Source: a virus. From it: a stretch of DNA of 64,000 nt. Position 1 is the first letter of the stretch; each line of letters opens with the position of its first letter. Below are positions 38,527-47,542 of this stretch, in pieces. The notes under the pieces are model-generated. The model worked only from the letters and a program-made list of their open reading frames with translations, was not told the DNA's origin and did no database searches. The stretch lies in IMG/VR virus record IMGVR_UViG_3300038427_000078; one strand, written 5' to 3'. The position numbers were made by a program, and so were the translations under genes.

Positions 38527-40263
38527 ATGCTGAAACGCAGCGTAATGACCACTGATTTCGACGCACGGAAGGAAACAATGGAGCTTGTAGAACAGGCCCA
38601 GGATCGCTGGCAGCTTGACGCTGACGACGTGATGGGTACGTGGGCATTTACGCAGTACCTTGACAAGTACGCATGGAAGGACGAGGACGGAGAACCGACA
38701 GAGGTATGGCCCGACACCGCCTACCGCGTGGTGAGGCACGTCCTTGGAGCACTCGGCTACACCGACCGCGACCCTGAGTTCCAAGCTCTCGTCGGCCTCA
38801 TAGCCAGCCGCAAGTTCATCCCCGGAGGCAGGTACCTAGCCAGCGCAGGCAAGCGCAAGCATCAGGTCAACAACTGCTTCCTCTACCGCTGCCCGGACTC
38901 GCTCGAAGGGTGGGCGGACACTGTGTGGAAGGGCATCATGGGCCTTGGCTCAGGCGGAGGCATCGGCGTGGTCTATTCAGACGTGCGCGCGTACGGGGAA
39001 CCGATCAAGACCACCGGAGGCATCGGCACCGGCCCTCTATCACCCGCGCGTATGGTGAACGAGATTGCACGCGAGGTCATCAGCGGGGGCAACCGCCGCT
39101 CCGCCATTTGGGGTGGCCTCCACTGGAACCACGGCGACATCTTCAACTGGATCCATGCGAAGGACTGGTCCGACGAGGTATGCAAGGCGAAGGCAGCCGA
39201 CTACAACTTCGCCGCCCCGCTGGACATGACCAACATCAGTGTCATCCTTGACGACGAGTTCTTCGATGCGTTTGAGAACGTGGACCACCCGCAGCACTCA
39301 CTCGCCTGCCGCGTCTACTACGAGGCAACGGCGAACATGGTGAAGAACGGTGAGCCAGGGTTCAGCATCGACGTGGGAGACAACCGCTACGAAAATCTGC
39401 GCAACGCATGCACGGAGATTACGAGTGGCGATGACAGCGACGTATGTAACCTCGGCAGCATCAACCTCGCACGCATCGAGTCACCGGAGGAGTTCGAGGA
39501 GGTAGTAAACCTCGCGACCCTCTTCCTGATGGCGGGTACAGTCTACTCGGACATCCCTCACCACCACGTCAAGGGTGTACGAGAGAAGAACCGTCGCCTC
39601 GGACTCGGCCTCATGGGGATCCATGAGTGGCTGCTGGTCAGAGGTCACAAGTACGAGATGGTACCGGAGCTTGAAAGCTGGCTGGACCGCTACACCAAGT
39701 CCACGGAGTATGCGAATATGTGGGCAGACGCACACAACCTCAGCCGTCCAGTCAAGACGAGGGCCATCGCCCCGAATGGCACCATCGGCATCCTCGCTGA
39801 GACTACTACGTCAGCGGAGCCGATCTTCTGCCTCGCGTACAAGCGGAGGTTCCTCGGCAAAGACAACATCTGGTACCACCAGTACGTCATCGACGCGACG
39901 GCCCGCCATCTCATCGAGGAGATGGGCATCAAGCCAGAGGACATCGAAGACGCCTACACCCTGAGCTACAACGTCGAGCGCCGCATCCGCTTCCAGGCCG
40001 AACTCCAACGCTACGTAGACCACGGCATCAGCAGCACGATCAACCTGCCGTACCAGATCGTAGAACCGGAGGAGGTCATGGGCTTCGCGAACACCCTGTA
40101 CCCGTACCTCCGCAAGCTGCGTGGCATCACCTGCTACCCGGACGGTGCCCGCGCAGGGCAGCCGTTCGAGGCTGTGCCCTACGAGTACGCGGTCACGCGC
40201 ACGGGCGTAACGTTCGAGGACAACAGGGACAACGCCTGCAAGAGCGGGGTCTGCGGCGTCTGA
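38527..40263 (+). CDS. nrdJ: Ribonucleotide reductase class II (B12-dependent)
   Basis: 'PGGR', 'NCF', 'NACTEI', 'CNLGSINL', 'APNGT', C-terminal 'CKSGVC'; no beta subunit nearby. Confidence 0.88.
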   Translation: MLKRSVMTTDFDARKETMELVEQAQDRWQLDADDVMGTWAFTQYLDKYAWKDEDGEPTEVWPDTAYRVVRHVLGALGYTDRDPEFQALVGLIASRKFIPGGRYLASAGKRKHQVNNCFLYRCPDSLEGWADTVWKGIMGLGSGGGIGVVYSDVRAYGEPIKTTGGIGTGPLSPARMVNEIAREVISGGNRRSAIWGGLHWNHGDIFNWIHAKDWSDEVCKAKAADYNFAAPLDMTNISVILDDEFFDAFENVDHPQHSLACRVYYEATANMVKNGEPGFSIDVGDNRYENLRNACTEITSGDDSDVCNLGSINLARIESPEEFEEVVNLATLFLMAGTVYSDIPHHHVKGVREKNRRLGLGLMGIHEWLLVRGHKYEMVPELESWLDRYTKSTEYANMWADAHNLSRPVKTRAIAPNGTIGILAETTTSAEPIFCLAYKRRFLGKDNIWYHQYVIDATARHLIEEMGIKPEDIEDAYTLSYNVERRIRFQAELQRYVDHGISSTINLPYQIVEPEEVMGFANTLYPYLRKLRGITCYPDGARAGQPFEAVPYEYAVTRTGVTFEDNRDNACKSGVCGV

Positions 40264-40300
40264 CCTTGACAGGCTCGCGAGGGCGTGCTACTATCTCGGT

Positions 40301-40726
40301 ATGCCCACCAACGAGACAGTCACCAGGAAGTGCATCGGCTCGGTCGGAGTTGACTCCGGTCAGCTAATCGTCACCGACCCGTGCTACATCAAGGACTTCG
40401 AGAGCGACGACGCATTCAGCGTCCGCCAGAACCTCAACGACGACACCGTGCTCGCGGAGGGCGAGGTACTGCCCTACAGCTACGGCGGTGCGTGCGCAGC
40501 GACCTCTCTCCCCAACCAGGGCGGGCCACTGGCCTACTCGCGTGGGCATGAAGGCGCAGGCGTAGCCGTACGCACCGGATTCGGTGACGGCTTCTACCCC
40601 GTGTTCGTGGAGTACGAGGACACCGGCTTCGCAGGCGTCCGGGTCAAGCGAGTGGTCATCGAGTTCTGGTCCGACGAGGACGAGGACGACGCCGCAGAAG
40701 ATTGGGACGCACCCGATGGGGAGTGA
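40301..40726 (+). CDS. DUF4241-like protein
   Basis: 'GVDSGQL...DPCY' and 'TGFGDGFYPV'. Confidence 0.6.
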   Translation: MPTNETVTRKCIGSVGVDSGQLIVTDPCYIKDFESDDAFSVRQNLNDDTVLAEGEVLPYSYGGACAATSLPNQGGPLAYSRGHEGAGVAVRTGFGDGFYPVFVEYEDTGFAGVRVKRVVIEFWSDEDEDDAAEDWDAPDGE

Positions 40727-40970
40727 CCTCGCTCTCAACCCGCCGCCTCCGCCGCCGATCCATGAGCAGGTGAAGGCGCTCGTTGACTACAACGAAGAGC
40801 TACGTAGCACAGTTCAGCGTCAGCAAGAGCAGATTCGAGCAGCCGAGCGTCTGCATGAGGCGGACACCGCACTTATCGCCCAACTGTCGAGGGAACTCAG
40901 CGAGGCGAATGAGTTGGTCGGCTGGCAGAGGTCGAGGGCACAGCAAGCACTGGACGAGATTGATGCCTAG
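40716..40970 (+). CDS. Coiled-coil hypothetical protein
   Basis: Heptad-like Q/E-rich ORF. Confidence 0.5.
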   Translation: MGSDLALNPPPPPPIHEQVKALVDYNEELRSTVQRQQEQIRAAERLHEADTALIAQLSRELSEANELVGWQRSRAQQALDEIDA

Positions 40971-41202
40971 AGCGAGAGTACATCGAGGACTGACCTTCAA
41001 CATTGGTCCGATCCGTATTCTGGTGACAGACGTGCGTAACGAGACTGCCTCGGTGCATGTGATCTTCAACAACGAGACAACCCTCGGGGCTGGTCAGGCA
41101 TGTCCGGTTGAGAGCATCGAACGTCTGCTCAACTGGTACGAGAAACTACAGATCGCCATGGTGAATGATGGCATCGACCTAGCGACGGTGGTGTCAGAAT
41201 GA
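40963..41202 (+). CDS. Hypothetical protein
   Basis: Overlapping operon ORF. Confidence 0.45.
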   Translation: MPRARVHRGLTFNIGPIRILVTDVRNETASVHVIFNNETTLGAGQACPVESIERLLNWYEKLQIAMVNDGIDLATVVSE

Positions 41203-41332
41203 CTTTCCTCTGGCTCGTCGTGTGGCTGCTCAGCAGCACCCCGGACGTGAGCTTCGCTCACGGTAACGGGTGGGCTATCTCACTCGGCATCTGTGCCTTC
41301 CTTGACATCGTGGGAAGTCGCGAGGCCACCAA

Positions 41333-41659
41333 GTGAAACCCAAAGTTCTTCCCACCATGCCCAAGATCGGGGACATCATCCTGTGGGTGAACAGTCAGCG
41401 CGAGCAGCGCAACCTGCCCGCTCTCAAGGACTTGCCGAAGGGCGTGCGCTCGAAGTTGGGCCTGTGCCCTATCGCTGTGTCACTCTCGACTGACGAGCAG
41501 CCGGTCCACGTAGCATCGTGGGGCTGGACTGAACCGCAGCCGAAGGACACACCGAAGGACGAGCTACTGCCGCAGGTGTGGCATGAGCTTCCCTCCTTCG
41601 TCGCAGACTTCATCCGGAAATTCGATGAGGGCATCGCCTTTCAGGAGTACCATGTCTAG
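41333..41659 (+). CDS. Hypothetical protein
   Basis: 'CPIA.SL...LP.FV.DFI..FD.G'. Confidence 0.55.
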   Translation: MKPKVLPTMPKIGDIILWVNSQREQRNLPALKDLPKGVRSKLGLCPIAVSLSTDEQPVHVASWGWTEPQPKDTPKDELLPQVWHELPSFVADFIRKFDEGIAFQEYHV

Positions 41660-41972
41660 GCACACGCACAAGCCTCTCCGTGCCAAGAACCGCGTCATCG
41701 AGGGAGCCTCGGGGCGCAACTCAGGCCAACATCTGTCTCGGGTCACGGAGCCACGCTTCGACAAGGCTACGTGCAAGAGGCTCCCGGTTCTTCGTGGGTT
41801 CAAAGAGAAGCTGCGCCAGGGTAAGAGTCCGATCAAGCCAGAGGCGTTCGAGGTCACGGAAGCCAAGCGAGAGACACGTCACGCGCGGCGCAAAGCCAAG
41901 CGCGATAAGGCACGGGCCATCGGCATCGCAACCCGCCGTCCGAAACGGAAGCAGGTGGCGTGGTGGCGATAG
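41652..41972 (+). CDS. Basic hypothetical protein
   Basis: AGGAG RBS; R/K-rich. Confidence 0.5.
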   Translation: MSRHTHKPLRAKNRVIEGASGRNSGQHLSRVTEPRFDKATCKRLPVLRGFKEKLRQGKSPIKPEAFEVTEAKRETRHARRKAKRDKARAIGIATRRPKRKQVAWWR

Positions 41973-42231
41973 CCAACCGTGATCCCATCGAGGTTCCCGT
42001 GACGGCACCCGCTCCTGTACGAGTTCCGCTACCTGAGCCGACGCCTGTCCCGGCGAACCCTCTGCCGACTCCCGACCCGGAGCCAGCCCCCGCACCAGTT
42101 CCGGTCGAGGATCCTGACCGCGAACTGACTCCTGCCTGAATCTTTCTCTCCAAAGGGTTGAAACCTACTCAACCCCTGCTATAGTACCGGACATGAGCAG
42201 TGCAACCACTACCTAACAGGGAGAAGGAGCC

Positions 42232-42930
42232 ATGTCGGACAAACCGGACCGCAGTGCCAGGGAGATTGAGCTTACTGAGCAACTTCTCGCTGTGAAGATC
42301 GAGCGTGAGGAACGCGAGAGCCGCAAGGTTCAGGTCGAAACAGACCTCGCGGGCTACGAGGTACAGGAATACGAGCGCCAGGAGCGCAACGCGAAATCGA
42401 AGCACTCCGAGGCCCGCATCTACAACTTCGTGGATCAGGTCACACCGCAGTCCGTCAAGTCAGCCATCGGTACGCTGACCGAATGGACCCGCCGAGGCAG
42501 TGACCCGATCACACTGATCGTCAACACCCCAGGCGGCAACGTCTTCTCTGGATTGGCTCTCTTCGACGCCATCAAGTACATCCAGAAAGGTGACGAGGAA
42601 GCAGGGCTTCCTCCGATCACGATCAACACGGTGGCACGCGGCATGGCTGCCAGCATGGGAGGCATCATCTTCCAGGCCGGTAACGAGCGCCGCATCGAGG
42701 ACAACGCTTACATTCTCATCCATGAGATAAGCGACATCGCCATCGGCTCAACCTCCGAGCTTGAAGATGAGGTCAAGTTGACGAAGCGCTTGCAGAAAAA
42801 GCTCGTCAACATCCTCGCGGAGCGCTCAACGTTGAGCACGAAACAGATCGACGCCAACTGGAAACGCAAAGACTGGTGGCTGGACGCTGAGGAAGCGGTC
42901 GCCAAAGGCTTCGCGGACACAATCGTCTGA
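42232..42930 (+). CDS. clpP: ClpP-like protease
   Basis: 'NTPGGNVFSGLA.FD', catalytic Ser 'AASMG', His 'ILIHE', Asp 'KDWWLDAEEA..KGFAD'. Confidence 0.9.
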   Translation: MSDKPDRSAREIELTEQLLAVKIEREERESRKVQVETDLAGYEVQEYERQERNAKSKHSEARIYNFVDQVTPQSVKSAIGTLTEWTRRGSDPITLIVNTPGGNVFSGLALFDAIKYIQKGDEEAGLPPITINTVARGMAASMGGIIFQAGNERRIEDNAYILIHEISDIAIGSTSELEDEVKLTKRLQKKLVNILAERSTLSTKQIDANWKRKDWWLDAEEAVAKGFADTIV

Positions 42931-42958
42931 GCAAACCCACCACAACAAGGAGAACAGC

Positions 42959-43171
42959 ATGGCATCATCACCATTCAGTACACCAAGCGAGCGGGAGCAG
43001 ATCGCTGCCCTTCGCGCTCATCAGAAGAGCGTGAAAGGACACAAGGCTGCGAAAACGCGCGTCACTTCTGCGGCGGAGGCACTTGCCATCGCTGAGGAGG
43101 ACCACCGCGTAGCTGTGGCCGAGCGTGCAGCCAACAAGGACGCTCTACTAGCAGCACTGGCCGACGCCTGA
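42959..43171 (+). CDS. Small helical protein
   Basis: AAGGAG RBS; Ala-rich. Confidence 0.55.
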   Translation: MASSPFSTPSEREQIAALRAHQKSVKGHKAAKTRVTSAAEALAIAEEDHRVAVAERAANKDALLAALADA

Positions 43172-43176
43172 TCGAC

Positions 43177-43506
43177 ATGCCCGCCCCAGGAACATACGGA
43201 GGTCCGGTCAAGACCCCGCCCGACGAACGTACGTATGACAACGCGGACGATTGGGCGGACCTCCTGAACGAAGCGGGCATCTACAAAACGGAGCTTGAGG
43301 GCGACAACGCCTTCGCAGAGTTGCGTGTGGGACGCATGGACGGACCTTGTATCGTGCAGGTTGTGGGTTCGACGCCGGGAAGGAACGGCGTGGACAGGTA
43401 CGAGGTCTACCCGCTGCTCCTCTTGCCACCGGGATTCGATTGGCCTCTCCTTGAGAGTCCTGACCCGGTGGCAGCGGAGCTTCGGAAGCGTTTCTACCTC
43501 GACTGA
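43177..43506 (+). CDS. Hypothetical protein
   Basis: ORF with phage codon usage. Confidence 0.5.
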   Translation: MPAPGTYGGPVKTPPDERTYDNADDWADLLNEAGIYKTELEGDNAFAELRVGRMDGPCIVQVVGSTPGRNGVDRYEVYPLLLLPPGFDWPLLESPDPVAAELRKRFYLD

Positions 43507-43537
43507 GATTGATCCTCTTCTCTGATACCATGGGTCC

Positions 43538-44533
43538 ATGGAGTATCAGAAGTATCTAAGGTCTGCTCACTGGCATGATCTTCAACGAGTGTTTTGGGAG
43601 AGGCATGAGCATCGCTGCGTAGTGTGTGGCGCAGAAGAGTCGCTGCATATCCATCACCGAACCTACGAGCATCTTGGGCATGAGGAGTGGGAGGATCTTA
43701 TCCCGTTGTGCGAAGATTGTCACACGCTAGTTCATCGGCTAGTGGACAATGGGCAAGCCTCTTTGTCTGACGCTCATCTCAAGTTGAATCCTTCGCTAGA
43801 GTGTCCTTCTCCGGAAGGACGAATCACTATTCCTCAGCGCCTTGGGCATGGACGCAAACATTTTGATGTTGGATCTGTGCCGTTGTACGTTGAGGGACAG
43901 GAGTACACCCCGGAGCAGTTGGACATGATGGCGACCTATTGGCTATGGACTCGAAGGGAGAACGGCCAGGGTGACATTCTGTTGAGTGCGAGTCAATGGA
44001 AGGGGCGCTACGAGCGTGAGATATACACAGCGGATGGGAAACCACCGGACCCCGCTAATACGACCGACCGCTTTGGCAACTACATCGATGGCATGTACTG
44101 GCGTACATGTCCTGGGGGTCGAAAGTGGGTGACCGAGGGAGTTCGTCGTACGATGGGATGTGGATTCTACTCGCATGCTATCGCAGAGGGCAAGAAGATT
44201 GTTCCTCCGAGAGAAGTCGAGGAGCAGGTCCAATGCCCCGGTCCTGGCTGTGATCGACCGGCTAAGACCGGAGGTCTTTGTCCCGCCCACTACCAGCAGC
44301 AGAGGCAGGGCCGACCTTTGGCCCCCATCCGTGTGCATGACGGACTCGGGTACGACCGCTCTCGAAAAAGGAAGAGCCTCAAGGAAAAAGAGAGGCGGCG
44401 CGTCGAGAAAGAGGAGCGCCAAGAACGTCCGAAGAAACCCAGGAAGAACGGGCGTCTAGTGGTCGTCGGGCGGGATGAGGATGGTCAGCCGATCACAATC
44501 CGAGAAGATTCGTCAGAGCATGCTACAATTTAG
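43538..44533 (+). CDS. Chimeric HNH endonuclease
   Basis: 'Y..YLRS.HW...CVVCG...HIHHRTY..LG.E...DLIPLCEDCH' plus extra domains. Confidence 0.8.
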   Translation: MEYQKYLRSAHWHDLQRVFWERHEHRCVVCGAEESLHIHHRTYEHLGHEEWEDLIPLCEDCHTLVHRLVDNGQASLSDAHLKLNPSLECPSPEGRITIPQRLGHGRKHFDVGSVPLYVEGQEYTPEQLDMMATYWLWTRRENGQGDILLSASQWKGRYEREIYTADGKPPDPANTTDRFGNYIDGMYWRTCPGGRKWVTEGVRRTMGCGFYSHAIAEGKKIVPPREVEEQVQCPGPGCDRPAKTGGLCPAHYQQQRQGRPLAPIRVHDGLGYDRSRKRKSLKEKERRRVEKEERQERPKKPRKNGRLVVVGRDEDGQPITIREDSSEHATI

Positions 44534-44653
44534 TCATGACCCGTGCTAGAATAGATGAGATGGATCACTACACCGAACCCATTCTAGTCAAAGGAAACGC
44601 CAAGCAGGGCGGTTCCATCTGACCCTAGACGCATCCGCATAGGACGAGTCTAG

Positions 44654-44675
44654 GGGCTTCCGAGAGGAAGCCCTT
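44654..44675 (+). terminator. Hairpin, possible terminator
   Basis: GGGCTTCC-GAGA-GGAAGCCC-TT. Confidence 0.45.
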
Positions 44676-44737
44676 GATGTTTCCGGAGTAGTGTGGTAGG
44701 ATCCAGAAGTACAGCAGCAAGACATAGAACAAAGCCT

Positions 44738-44812
44738 CTCCTCGTAGCTCAGTCAGGACAGAGCAGCCGCCTTCTAAGCGGTCGGTCGAGGGTTCGAATC
44801 CTTTCGGGGGGA
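44738..44812 (+). tRNA. tRNA-Arg(UCU)
   Basis: Cloverleaf; anticodon arm GCCGC-CTTCTAA-GCGGT. Confidence 0.9.
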
Positions 44813-44813
44813 C

Positions 44814-44842
44814 TTGACAGACGCAGATTCGTCTGCTACTCT
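44814..44842 (+). promoter_or_regulatory. SigA-type promoter
   Basis: TTGACA-17-TACTCT with TG extension. Confidence 0.75.
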
Positions 44843-45043
44843 GTCGAAACGGTAAGGTCCACCGTACATATCCAACGGACCGGCTGGTCAGCCGTAACCA
44901 TACGGCGAGTAGCTTGACGGACAGCGCCCAGGTGGGTGCGAGTCCAGCGCGAATAGCGGTTGAGCGATGTTGACACTTCTGCCTCTCAGAGTAAGCAGCG
45001 GGTACAGAGTTCAGGGTTCGCGCCCGGAGCCAGCCAAATCTTC

Positions 45044-45124
45044 GCCAAGGTATGCAAGTGGACAAAGCACGCTGTCTGTAAAACAGTTCTCTCGGGTTCG
45101 TAGGTTCGACTCCTACCCTTGGCA
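45044..45124 (+). tRNA. tRNA-Tyr(GUA)
   Basis: GCTGT-CTGTAAA-ACAGT; variable arm. Confidence 0.9.
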
Positions 45125-45191
45125 TAAAATCGAGTCCCCTCGCGGAAAATTTTTGCGGGGAATGCTCAGGCGAGATTAGCATAATCTTCAC

Positions 45192-45214
45192 GCGCTGGTG
45201 ATGGAACGGTAGAC
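45192..45214 (+). pseudogene. 5' fragment of tRNA-Leu
   Basis: GCGCTGG-TG-ATGGAACGGTAGAC; acceptor strand pairs with TCAGCGC at 45872-45878. Confidence 0.7.
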
Positions 45215-45262
45215 TTGCTTTGTTTTCCATTCGCATCTGTGCTATAAGTAATAGAAGCATAC

Positions 45263-45347
45263 GTCCGCATGCTGGAACTCGGTAGACGGGCACGGTTGAG
45301 AGCCGTGTGGCCGAAAGGTCGTGTGGGTTCGACTCCCACTGTGGACA
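45263..45347 (+). tRNA. tRNA-Leu(GAG)
   Basis: CACGG-TTGAGAG-CCGTG; long variable arm. Confidence 0.9.
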
Positions 45348-45349
45348 TC

Positions 45350-45832
45350 ATGGCATTTATCCATCGCTACACATTGGAGATGTTGGAAGAGGCAGCGGAG
45401 CACAGCACTTCGGTCGCTGGTGTCTGTCGTTATCTCAACATCAACAACCCTGGCGGTAGTTCGCAGACGAACATCCGCAATCGTCTTCGTGACTTCGGCA
45501 TCGATACCTCACACTTCTTGGGTAAAGCTGCTCGCAAAGGAACACAAGCGAGCAATCGAAAGACGGCGGCAGAGATACTTGTACGCCTTCCTTCTGGTGC
45601 CTACCGACCAGAAGCAAAGAAACTTCGACGGGCCTTGATCGAACAGGGACGAGAGTATGTCTGTGAGGGTTGCGGCAACAAAGCGTGGTGGAAAGAAGGC
45701 CCATTGACACTTGAAGTAGATCACATCGACGGCGATTGGCACAACAACGAAGAGGACAACCTTCGTTTCTTGTGTCCTAATTGTCATAGCGTTTACACGT
45801 TGCCCGGTGTACCATGTGGTACGGCGGACTAG
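45350..45832 (+). CDS. HNH endonuclease
   Basis: 'CEGCG...LEVDHIDGDWHNNEEDNLRFLCPNCHS'. Confidence 0.9.
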   Translation: MAFIHRYTLEMLEEAAEHSTSVAGVCRYLNINNPGGSSQTNIRNRLRDFGIDTSHFLGKAARKGTQASNRKTAAEILVRLPSGAYRPEAKKLRRALIEQGREYVCEGCGNKAWWKEGPLTLEVDHIDGDWHNNEEDNLRFLCPNCHSVYTLPGVPCGTAD

Positions 45833-45879
45833 GACGTGGTGCCCTTCGGGGCGTGTGGGTTCGAATCCCACTCAGCGCA
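45830..45879 (+). pseudogene. 3' half of tRNA-Leu(UAG)
   Basis: TAG-GA-CGTGG, variable arm GCCC-TTCG-GGGC, T arm GTGGG-TTCGAAT-CCCAC, TCAGCGC-A. Confidence 0.8.
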
Positions 45880-46152
45880 TAGGGCCGGTGGTCAGGCGAC
45901 GGGGTAAGCTCCTGTCGAATGCAGCCGAGTAGGTCGGGGATCCAGGCGCGTCTGGTGAAAGACCCGTATCCCTCTTGAGGGGTGCCCATCTCAAGCACTT
46001 GGTTGCGGAGCGGTCAAGTGGGTAGAGGGCGGAAGCCAGCCTTGAAAGGTTGAGCCGAAAGCTCTAGCTCCAATGTTTCAACTCCCGTGTAGTGGTGGAA
46101 GTCCACGTCGCGCAAGCGATTGTTACTGATGTGTGTCATGCACGGGAGCCAT

Positions 46153-46228
46153 GCCGCTGTGAAGGGAATTTGGCATACCTCTCACGCTTAGAACGTGAGG
46201 CTTGTGGGTTCGAGTCCCACTGGCGGCA
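46153..46228 (+). tRNA. tRNA-Leu(UAG), short variable arm
   Basis: TCACG-CTTAGAA-CGTGA. Confidence 0.85.
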
Positions 46229-46246
46229 CTCAGTAGTGAAGTACCT

Positions 46247-46318
46247 GCCTCCGTATGGTTAGTGGTAGACCCTCCGACTTTTAATCGGGAAGCTGGGGTT
46301 CGATTCCCCACGGGGGTA
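46247..46318 (+). tRNA. tRNA-Lys(UUU)
   Basis: TCCGA-CTTTTAA-TCGGG. Confidence 0.85.
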
Positions 46319-46469
46319 CTTTTGTGGTGATCGGCTGGGCTTGATCGGCCCGCTGTCCGATGGAAGGTGGTCGTGTGTCCACTCTTCGACCCGCGTCAAG
46401 TAGGGCCACAACGAAGGGCAAGATACCTCCGTACCGCAGCGCGCCGGGACGATAGGTAACACACAACAT

Positions 46470-46542
46470 GGGCCTGTAGCTCAAATGGGAGAGCGCCTGC
46501 CTTGCAAGCAGGAGGTTGAGGGTTCGATTCCCTCTAGGTCCA
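46470..46542 (+). tRNA. tRNA-Ala(UGC)
   Basis: CCTGC-CTTGCAA-GCAGG; G3:U70. Confidence 0.92.
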
Positions 46543-46711
46543 CTGACTGTGGTGATCAGTCAAGCGGTAGCGGCCCCGGTAAAGGGTGCAGCCCGCACGA
46601 ACTCACCACCGCCTCTGCGTTCACGGGCAGAGCAAATGGAAGTGTCGTGAGCTTCCCGTACAATTCTCTCTCCCCGATTTCAGTGCGTGGGATGGAGGGC
46701 GGTCGAATCAA

Positions 46712-46785
46712 CAGGGAGTAGCGCAGTCTGGTAGCGCACTTGGTTTGGAACCAAGGGGTCGCGGGTTCGAATCCCGCCTTCCTGA
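46712..46785 (+). tRNA. tRNA-Pro(UGG)
   Basis: CTTGG-TTTGGAA-CCAAG. Confidence 0.92.
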
Positions 46786-46826
46786 TAGCAGAGGGACGGC
46801 TGCTTCGTAAACCGTCCCGCACTTAC

Positions 46827-46922
46827 GCGCCTGTAGCTCAGTGGTCAACGGTTCTCTTCGGGGAGCCAAAGAGTTGCCGCCTTTCAAGCGGTAGGTCCGG
46901 GGTTCGATTCCCCGTAGGCGCA
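46827..46922 (+). tRNA. tRNA-Glu(UUC) with extra hairpin in D-loop
   Basis: GCCGC-CTTTCAA-GCGGT; 96 nt. Confidence 0.8.
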
Positions 46923-46979
46923 TAACTCGTACCGCACCCCGGATTAGGGAGTACGAAGGCGGTGCAACGCCGCCACCAG

Positions 46980-47053
46980 CAGGGTATAGCGCAGTCTGGT
47001 AGCGCGCTCCCCTCGGACGGGAGAGGTCGTAGGTTCGAATCCTATTACCCTGA
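46980..47053 (+). tRNA. tRNA-Pro(CGG)
   Basis: CTCCC-CTCGGAC-GGGAG. Confidence 0.9.
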
Positions 47054-47135
47054 TAGCGGCAGGCCATGGCCTGTCTCGAAGATCCTCGGTTGAACCGTGA
47101 AGCCATAGTTACCACGGGCCGGTACGGATCGAGTT

Positions 47136-47208
47136 GCCGGTCTAGCTCTAATGGTAGAGCGCTTCCGTGGTAAGGAAGAGGTTCCGAGTTCGAATCTCGG
47201 GATCGGCT
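47136..47208 (+). tRNA. tRNA-Thr(GGU)
   Basis: CTTCC-GTGGTAA-GGAAG. Confidence 0.9.
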
Positions 47209-47470
47209 TAGCGGGGTAGACTCCATGCGCAGGGGTCGATGTCGAGGGAGTCATGACCCAAGGCACGCGGGTACCGACAGGCAAAGCGCCTGCTCGGTCC
47301 GTGCCGCACACTCATACCGTGCGCCGGGAAACCGCTAGACTGGCGGGTGTTACCGGATAAGGAGAGGCTAGTCACCGATCCGAAAAGGGATTGCTCGCAC
47401 GGTTTTCTAGATTGATCGGTCGGCCTCCGGTAGAGGAGTAGCGGACGGGTCGCCCCTCCACGGAGGGCTT

Positions 47471-47542
47471 GCCAGCAAAGCGGAAGTGGTGCCGCACCCG
47501 TTTCGTAAGCGGGGGAATCGGGTTCAATTCCCGATGCTGGCT
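47471..47542 (+). tRNA. tRNA-Thr(CGU)
   Basis: CCCGT-TTCGTAA-GCGGG. Confidence 0.85.
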
